Shown: positions 57,196-64,000 of the stretch, piece after piece
Layout of the letters: each line of letters opens with the position of its first letter
Position numbering within the stretch: position 1 is the first letter of the stretch
Assembly: GCF_964204645.1 (NCBI RefSeq)
Contig: NC_134027.1
Coordinates: 16,028,485-16,092,484 of the forward strand
Length of the DNA: 64,000 nucleotides
From: Tubulanus polymorphus
Taxonomy: Eukaryota > Animalia > Nemertea
Direction: 5' to 3'
The notes under the pieces: generated by a model
What the model was told of the DNA's origin: nothing
Seen by the model: the letters and a program-made list of their open reading frames with translations, nothing else
Database searches by the model: none
Program-made: the position numbers and the translations under genes

Positions 57196-60100
57196 ATGGC
57201 AGCCGCAATGACTGAGAGTGGCGAGGAGTCGATGGAAACTGACCAAGAAGATGAATATCAAACTGCCACATTTGAAAATATACCTAGAACGGATTTTGCC
57301 TTTAACATACCCAGACAGACAAGCAAAAACTTGTACGGAATTACATATAAATCTGTCAACTCACTCATAACACCGGACAACTGTCAGGACATTATAACAC
57401 AAAGTAATTTTGTTGTTCCCGGTCAAACTCAGTCGCTTTCAGCAAGTGTCGGCTCGATGTCTATGTACGGTACCCACACAGGCACTTTTATTTTAGAGTC
57501 GGGCAACGCGCAGTCAGCATCGGCAATTTGCTTGTATGTCGATAATGCCGGTGTTGTAAGTCTGTATGTGCCACACGTCCCTTGTTGTCCTTACATTCAT
57601 TTGGTGGTGTTTAGTGGACGAGATGATTTGAACAATATTCGTTTCAAGTCGTTGGTGCATAAAAACGGCATAGAATTTCATGCAGAAAACCCAAGTGCCG
57701 CGTTTAAAAACATTTTCTACCAGATTGCTCCACAAATTGTCTGGTTTGTGTCTCAAATACCCATACCCACTGCCGGATTCGCTCGCTCGTTGCTCTACCC
57801 AAATACGTGTACCGTAAATCATATACCGTCGCTAATAGTTGCAGGTGGTCGTGGTATTAGAGCACCACAGTTATTATTAGATGACACGATCAAGGCAGTA
57901 GATAAATGGCGCAAAGAACCGTCGGTCGGCTTTGAGAAAAACTTTGCAGTCGACTTGGAATCTACAATACAGTCTATCGTGTATAATCATAAACTTAACA
58001 CCGATACAATCGGCAAAAACTTGGATGCAGTGAATGTCTTTACGATAGCACTTGGGACTGTTTACGATAATGTGATCAAAACAAAAACCAACGACAAAGT
58101 TAGTAAACTGAGTGAATTGTTTGGTCGCACGATACACGACATGTCAACGGTCGATAATACACTGTCGCTGTTGAAAACCATGTTTTTGGCCGCAGACACA
58201 AATCAACAAGCACAACAAAACGCTATGCTGCTCATAGATGAAACGGAATATTTCCAAAATTTACAAGATCCCACCAAGTCTAGATTGTACGGCTACATAC
58301 TTGATATAGCCAGACATCTTAGAGATCTCCAAAACCAACTGAATTCGTTCCCGGCTAAATTAGAAGCCAACTTACAAACAGCACAAACAGAAAAGGTCAA
58401 AGATACGTGGGTGCCTTTAGTAACCAATTCTAATGAGAATTTAATAAAGGACTTGTGTTCGCTTGTTTACGGTTGGTCGGCCGGTACATCTCACATAAAC
58501 GAAGAAACGGTAAAATATTTAGAATCGTCAACGATGATTAGAAATCTACAATATACCATGATTCAAACAACGGCGGGATTCTACACCGATACAGTCGTAC
58601 CCATGTGCAAGCAAGTGATAGAAAAAATCGAAACAACACAGCAACAACTCGAGTCGTCCTCGTATCGAGGGGTCATGACACGATTGATGCACAAAATAAA
58701 GATGGTAGTGAATAACGTATTGCTAGCATCGACTCCTACGGCCACAACAAACGTAAATGACTACATGGCCTTTCATAGATATCTTGTGTCCGTGGTGCAA
58801 ACTCCCAATCACAAAATAGTTACGGATATAGACAAGTTTGAAGGAAATTTCACAGTGTTGTACGACACCGACCATTTTAAAGACAAAATGAGTTTTGTGA
58901 ACGCTTACTTCAAACTTATTAACACCACCAAGGAAAATATAACGAAAAACATAGTAGATAAAATAATGGTGATCTACAAACAATGGACCAATGGTCGAGA
59001 AAGTATCAGAGATTGGGCTTTTTCAAAGCTCATCAAATTTACCGAAATCGTAGAAAAGATAGGAATCCAAGTACAAACGAGCGTCAAAAAAGTAGTCGAG
59101 GAAACGGTAACCATGCAAAGTGTCGATATGGACATGATCAAAGTTGACGATTTGATTCGGTTGATGACATATACAAGCATTTTCGAAAGACTCGATACAG
59201 TTGTTTACGCCCAATTGACACAGCTACACACAAAACATCTAAGCAGCGTCAGTCCATATACGAGAAACGGATACAAGGCTAGCCGTCATCTCAATAAAAC
59301 CCGAGATCTTATCAACCAAATCAAAATTCAAGACGAAAACGCCAACGATTCTACGTTGGAACAACTAGTGATCAATAGAGTGCGTAAAATTATCGATGAA
59401 ACAAACTCACAAATCCACTTGCAACAATTTCAGCTGCAGACAACAAGATCACACGGAGTAATAGTTGGTGCAGGATCCAGTGCAAGTAGTGAAAGCGAAA
59501 AACTCAATACAAGATTCGGTACTGCTATGGCAAAAATAGACCAACAAAAATATTGGACAATGAGCGAAGAACACAAATCGTTTCTCTCCAACATAAAGAA
59601 ACTCTGTATGTATGCCTCAGAAACGTTAGAGTCTCATATTTCTTGGTCACAATATGGTGGCACGGCCATTAGCAATAACGAAAGAATTAAAAAGATCAAA
59701 GGTTTAGTCAGCTGGCACAAAAAGTCTGAAATGCAGTTCAAGTACGCTGCCACCGATTCAGAAACGAAGAACTTGGTCGATTCTTTACTAATTAGTGTTG
59801 GTCACATGGGATTCGTAAGATATTTCCGTATGTTGAGTGACTATGCCTATTTTGAAAACATGGACAATGTCAACTCTACCATACTAAGTCCGGTCTTTGT
59901 GGAAATGGATCTCAGCAATTTGTTTGAATTCATACCCATAGATCCAGTGACGACAAAAATCCAACAAGGATTACCCGAATATTTACAACCCTTGGCAGAT
60001 TGGTGGTTGAACAACGCCAGAAAACCGTTTGTAGACACTGTCTTAAAAGAAATGCGAGACACGATTACAACTTTGAAGAAAAAAATATCCGACACCGTGT

Positions 60101-63100
60101 ACTCAACCAACAGAGATATCCAAGTGACCACATCGAATGTCCACGACGTGTACAAAAAAGTCACCAGAGAACTAAGCAAAGACAAGGCAGTAGACAAACA
60201 GGAAGAACACGGCGCTAGGTGGTGGCGATGGTTACTATTTCTAAATTCACTAGATCCCGCTGCAAAACTAAACTATATGAATATGACGCCTGAGACTGTA
60301 AAATTTGTAAAAAACATACTGTCACTGTTCTACGAGTTTTACCCAGACAACACAGTCAACAGAAACAGAAGAGACAATAATACCAACAGGCGACAATTAT
60401 TCGTAAATTTGATGGAGGATAGAATAGGCACGGAAGGACCTCGTTCAACAAAGTACGTTACAACACCATATATCAAATCGACTACGAAGGATAAAGATAT
60501 AGACGATACACACAAATTGGCGTTGAAATTGATTAATGCGCTAGTCAGTTCCCTGTCAGCTACAATTATTAAAGAAGTAAGCGAAGCTGTTAGAAACATG
60601 GAACCGAGTGAAACTAGTGCTTATTACGAAAACAAATCCTTCTATCACGCCCTTCTGCAACAATTGGCCGATTTGTGTGGTCAAATGGTTACCAATGCTG
60701 TTGATGTGATTACTGAAAATAATACCAGAAAGGATCTACTGGCATTTCAACTTGATCTAACACAGTTGACCATAGATGAAAATACCAAACAGAATACCCG
60801 ACCAACTAAGACTTTCAATTGTACCATGGACAGTCCTAGTCAAATGGAAATGTCTGGTAAATTGGACGAATATGTGGGGATGTACACGATGTTAGCTCGA
60901 CATTCAAAAACCAAAGGCGAATTTCTCAAGGAATTGTTGACCAGATATTTGGTAGCCAAGCGAGAAGAGAATGTTTCGTCGCCGGACACAACAACCGTAA
61001 CGGGTGGTAAAAAATCACCAAAATACACTTGTGTGATATTGGAGGGAGTCCGAGAGGAGTTTGAAAACGTGGTCAACACTCTAACTTCGGGAATCGACCC
61101 CAAGTCCACCAAAGTCATGAACTTGTTCTTGAAAAGTTTTCTAGTCGATATTATAATGTCAAAACAATTCTCGTTTATTGACATATGCAATCAAATCAAC
61201 AAAGAAGAAATAGAGTCTTTTATCGGCGGTGCTACAGCAGGTCACCATTTTGAAACCGATTTGAGCGTCATATATAGTGGAGAGGAAGGCAGGAGAGTGG
61301 CGGTTGAAAGTTTACCCTCATCACCAGAAATAAACATAGACAGAGACAACTTGATAACGGGCAACATAGGCATGGATAGAAATTTATTTTGTGAAGTATC
61401 GCACATGGTAATCGAAGAATATCGACCGAATTATGTAAAAACTCAAAAAACACAAGTCCGCATGGGTGTAACCAAGAAATTGTATACCACATTGAATCTG
61501 ATGGAGAATTTGTACAACGGTGGTGATGGGTTTCTGACATACGAAAAAATCGTAGAATCAGAGGACGATGATGAGCAAACTAGAGAGTTGCAACATTCAC
61601 TCGCTGATCTAATAGATATGATGGGTCTGGAGAGCAATAAACGCGGAGAATACGACAACGTGGCTTCTGTCATCAGATATTACCTACCCACCGTGATGAA
61701 TACTAAAACGAGACTCGAATCATTGTCGCTAGAGGAATTGGCAGATATTATGAGACCAGAGTTTTGGGACGATGTGTACGTAAACACTTTAATAAAATTG
61801 CGAAGAATATACAGCGGCAACAGGGATTTAGCCATAAATGAACAAGGACCGTTTGAATATGTAACTGCAGATGCCCATTTCCCAGACAGATTGTTATTCA
61901 AGTTAGAAAACTACAAACACCCAGACGCCATAGAGGAGTTGAAGTTGGGAGAATCCGAAGATATTCCCAAAGCCATGCAAACAGAGAAACATCGAAAAAA
62001 ACAACAATTGATTTTTGCTACTCACGACATTGAAGCTTCTGAATTGGTCGACAGTAACGTACCCATAGACAAAACCATCGACAAATTCACAAACTCTATC
62101 CCTCCACCACAGCCACCGCTGAGTGAAAATGAAGAACAGGTTATAGTGCTCAATGGCATAAGTGAGAAGCAACTTTTACAAGTTATTGAACAGGTAGTCG
62201 CAAGAAATCAACCGACAGCGCCACAGCCATCCACCTCTACCCCACAACCATCCACATCTACCGCCTCACAACCAGAAGAACGACGTCCATCACCCCCACC
62301 ACCAAAAGAGCCAGAGCCAGAAGATCAGCCATCTGCACAAGTCGTGAAAACATCGAAAATGATTGACCGTGTGATACTGGAAACTTCAAAATTACCCATG
62401 GTAAATATAAACGAAGAAACGCATCCGGGGCACCCAAAACAACCGCCTTTAGTCCATCCGTTTGTGTCAAAAACACCGAAGCCAGCACCTGTACCTATAC
62501 CCACACCACCCGATCCACAAGTTGTGCAGCCACCAGATCAGGGTGCAAACAAATTGATCGATTCTGTGCGAACAAGTGTATTGGACGGGTCGCTAGTACA
62601 ACAAGTAGAATCGGGAGCAGCTGTGATTGCTGAAATTAAAAAAAGTGTGGATATGTGGAATAAAGAAAATCCTGTCGGAGTTGAAATGAGACTGTTGCTA
62701 CAAGAACTGTTAGACGAACGAAATGTGGTCAGAGACAATGTCGAAGGAATAACGGAATTACTTAAAGGATTTCCAAAACCCGGACCTATGAAACCAAGAA
62801 ACGAAATTGACGTGCCCACTAATTTGGAATTACCCAGCGATACAAAAAAGTTAGACAGTTATGTAGAAGATTTAATGACAAAGTCAAACACGTTTGTGCC
62901 GACATCGCGCCAAAATGCTCTATCGTCAAAATTGGTCGAGCAAAAAAGAGACGAGTTTCAGGATTTAGAAAACGATCTAAATCAAGAGTATGACTACGAT
63001 TATTCGGATGTATACGGAACGGTAGAGTTCAGAGATGACCCTCCTCCAATACAATTGGTGAGCACACCAAAAAAGAAATTATCAATTCCACCAAGAGAAA

Positions 63101-63396
63101 TCAAAAATACTCCACCGTTAAGAACTGATCTATTTGAGGGAGAAGAAAAAGTAGATATTTCAGTAATAGAAAAGGAGAAAAAAACAGACGACCCAAAATC
63201 GCCAAAATCACCAAGGTTAAAAAGCTGGGAATCGGACCGAGAATCTGTTACATCAAGCAGCGAGAGTGAATATTCAGAGGAGTCGGAATCGGACAGTGAA
63301 AAGGATGATGAATTAAAGTTAGAGATAGAGTTAGAAGTTAATCGCTTTCAATATCTATCAGAAATGTTACACGAGTTAAGTTTTACGGGTAGATAA
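57196..63396 (+). CDS. Very large protein (2066 aa), architecture reminiscent of a large tegument protein
   Basis: Beta-rich N-terminal domain, long helical middle, Pro-rich and acidic C-terminus; function is inferred only. Confidence 0.75.
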   Translation: MAAAMTESGEESMETDQEDEYQTATFENIPRTDFAFNIPRQTSKNLYGITYKSVNSLITPDNCQDIITQSNFVVPGQTQSLSASVGSMSMYGTHTGTFILESGNAQSASAICLYVDNAGVVSLYVPHVPCCPYIHLVVFSGRDDLNNIRFKSLVHKNGIEFHAENPSAAFKNIFYQIAPQIVWFVSQIPIPTAGFARSLLYPNTCTVNHIPSLIVAGGRGIRAPQLLLDDTIKAVDKWRKEPSVGFEKNFAVDLESTIQSIVYNHKLNTDTIGKNLDAVNVFTIALGTVYDNVIKTKTNDKVSKLSELFGRTIHDMSTVDNTLSLLKTMFLAADTNQQAQQNAMLLIDETEYFQNLQDPTKSRLYGYILDIARHLRDLQNQLNSFPAKLEANLQTAQTEKVKDTWVPLVTNSNENLIKDLCSLVYGWSAGTSHINEETVKYLESSTMIRNLQYTMIQTTAGFYTDTVVPMCKQVIEKIETTQQQLESSSYRGVMTRLMHKIKMVVNNVLLASTPTATTNVNDYMAFHRYLVSVVQTPNHKIVTDIDKFEGNFTVLYDTDHFKDKMSFVNAYFKLINTTKENITKNIVDKIMVIYKQWTNGRESIRDWAFSKLIKFTEIVEKIGIQVQTSVKKVVEETVTMQSVDMDMIKVDDLIRLMTYTSIFERLDTVVYAQLTQLHTKHLSSVSPYTRNGYKASRHLNKTRDLINQIKIQDENANDSTLEQLVINRVRKIIDETNSQIHLQQFQLQTTRSHGVIVGAGSSASSESEKLNTRFGTAMAKIDQQKYWTMSEEHKSFLSNIKKLCMYASETLESHISWSQYGGTAISNNERIKKIKGLVSWHKKSEMQFKYAATDSETKNLVDSLLISVGHMGFVRYFRMLSDYAYFENMDNVNSTILSPVFVEMDLSNLFEFIPIDPVTTKIQQGLPEYLQPLADWWLNNARKPFVDTVLKEMRDTITTLKKKISDTVYSTNRDIQVTTSNVHDVYKKVTRELSKDKAVDKQEEHGARWWRWLLFLNSLDPAAKLNYMNMTPETVKFVKNILSLFYEFYPDNTVNRNRRDNNTNRRQLFVNLMEDRIGTEGPRSTKYVTTPYIKSTTKDKDIDDTHKLALKLINALVSSLSATIIKEVSEAVRNMEPSETSAYYENKSFYHALLQQLADLCGQMVTNAVDVITENNTRKDLLAFQLDLTQLTIDENTKQNTRPTKTFNCTMDSPSQMEMSGKLDEYVGMYTMLARHSKTKGEFLKELLTRYLVAKREENVSSPDTTTVTGGKKSPKYTCVILEGVREEFENVVNTLTSGIDPKSTKVMNLFLKSFLVDIIMSKQFSFIDICNQINKEEIESFIGGATAGHHFETDLSVIYSGEEGRRVAVESLPSSPEINIDRDNLITGNIGMDRNLFCEVSHMVIEEYRPNYVKTQKTQVRMGVTKKLYTTLNLMENLYNGGDGFLTYEKIVESEDDDEQTRELQHSLADLIDMMGLESNKRGEYDNVASVIRYYLPTVMNTKTRLESLSLEELADIMRPEFWDDVYVNTLIKLRRIYSGNRDLAINEQGPFEYVTADAHFPDRLLFKLENYKHPDAIEELKLGESEDIPKAMQTEKHRKKQQLIFATHDIEASELVDSNVPIDKTIDKFTNSIPPPQPPLSENEEQVIVLNGISEKQLLQVIEQVVARNQPTAPQPSTSTPQPSTSTASQPEERRPSPPPPKEPEPEDQPSAQVVKTSKMIDRVILETSKLPMVNINEETHPGHPKQPPLVHPFVSKTPKPAPVPIPTPPDPQVVQPPDQGANKLIDSVRTSVLDGSLVQQVESGAAVIAEIKKSVDMWNKENPVGVEMRLLLQELLDERNVVRDNVEGITELLKGFPKPGPMKPRNEIDVPTNLELPSDTKKLDSYVEDLMTKSNTFVPTSRQNALSSKLVEQKRDEFQDLENDLNQEYDYDYSDVYGTVEFRDDPPPIQLVSTPKKKLSIPPREIKNTPPLRTDLFEGEEKVDISVIEKEKKTDDPKSPKSPRLKSWESDRESVTSSSESEYSEESESDSEKDDELKLEIELEVNRFQYLSEMLHELSFTGR

Positions 63397-63529
63397 TTTT
63401 TGTTACCTTTTTTATGGTGAGGAAAAATCGTATAAAAGGCCAAGTCAGTAGAAACATTTTGTCAGAACACTGTCTGCCGCCAAGAGGTGAGTTCTGAAGA
63501 TATTGGTGAAAGAGTTACGAAAAAATATC

Positions 63530-64000
63530 ATGTTTTCCTCACCACCTCCGTCGCAGTTTCCAAATCCTACCCCGATAAAAGAAAAACGTAAACGGATGAT
63601 GCAACAAAATATGGCTACCCGTCGCTGCTCTGGTAACATGCTCTTGGATCGAACACGCTCCATCATAAACAGGGCCGTAAAACGACCAGCTGATGAAGTT
63701 GGTACTTGTCCCGTGAAAAGAAAGGTATTGAAACCGTTGCTGTTATTCCCAACTCCAGAAATAAAAATACCTAGATCTGTATGGCAATCTCTTCGCAAGG
63801 GACGACGTAACAGTCAATTTGCTATATGTTGGAGGACAATGTTACTTGAAATCACGAAACTCAAATGTACCCAATACGTTAATCAACAAAAAGGGAAAAC
63901 AACAAAGACCGTGTTCTCTTACCTGTGCACTTGTGACTTTCACACAACTCAACTCAATGAACTTATAGGGGCAATGAAAAAACTAATGTCGACAATATCA
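63530..64000 (+). CDS. Hypothetical protein, partial
   Basis: ATG at 63530 (MFSSPPPSQFPNPTP...) open to the window end; TATAAAA upstream at about 63431. Confidence 0.6.
   Translation, partial: MFSSPPPSQFPNPTPIKEKRKRMMQQNMATRRCSGNMLLDRTRSIINRAVKRPADEVGTCPVKRKVLKPLLLFPTPEIKIPRSVWQSLRKGRRNSQFAICWRTMLLEITKLKCTQYVNQQKGKTTKTVFSYLCTCDFHTTQLNELIGAMKKLMSTIS

Overview
AT-rich eukaryotic sequence that looks like part of a large dsDNA virus genome, most likely endogenised in an invertebrate animal. The lineage cannot be fixed because no capsid or terminase gene is recognisable here; it is herpes-like or nimavirus-like. Viral markers are an intact 2219-aa family B DNA polymerase, a frameshift-split YqaJ/alkaline-exonuclease gene, and BIR, BTB, Bro-N-like, DUF3990-like and deoxynucleoside-kinase-like genes, plus large orphan ORFs. 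Host-type transposon relics (CR1/L2, RTE, Harbinger-like, pogo-like MITEs) and many decayed accessory genes point to residence in a host chromosome. The most unusual part is a module at about 5.8-18.8 kb. It has an array of ten degenerate units with fixed 78-bp box spacing, then three paralogous Zn-finger genes: two are tyrosine recombinases, and one is a spliced paralogue lacking the catalytic domain. The first two genes lie in, and are interrupted by, 16-bp-monomer satellite arrays. Two near-identical G4-armed palindromes 25 kb apart bracket the polymerase block. All protein family calls come from motif recognition by eye, not database searches.
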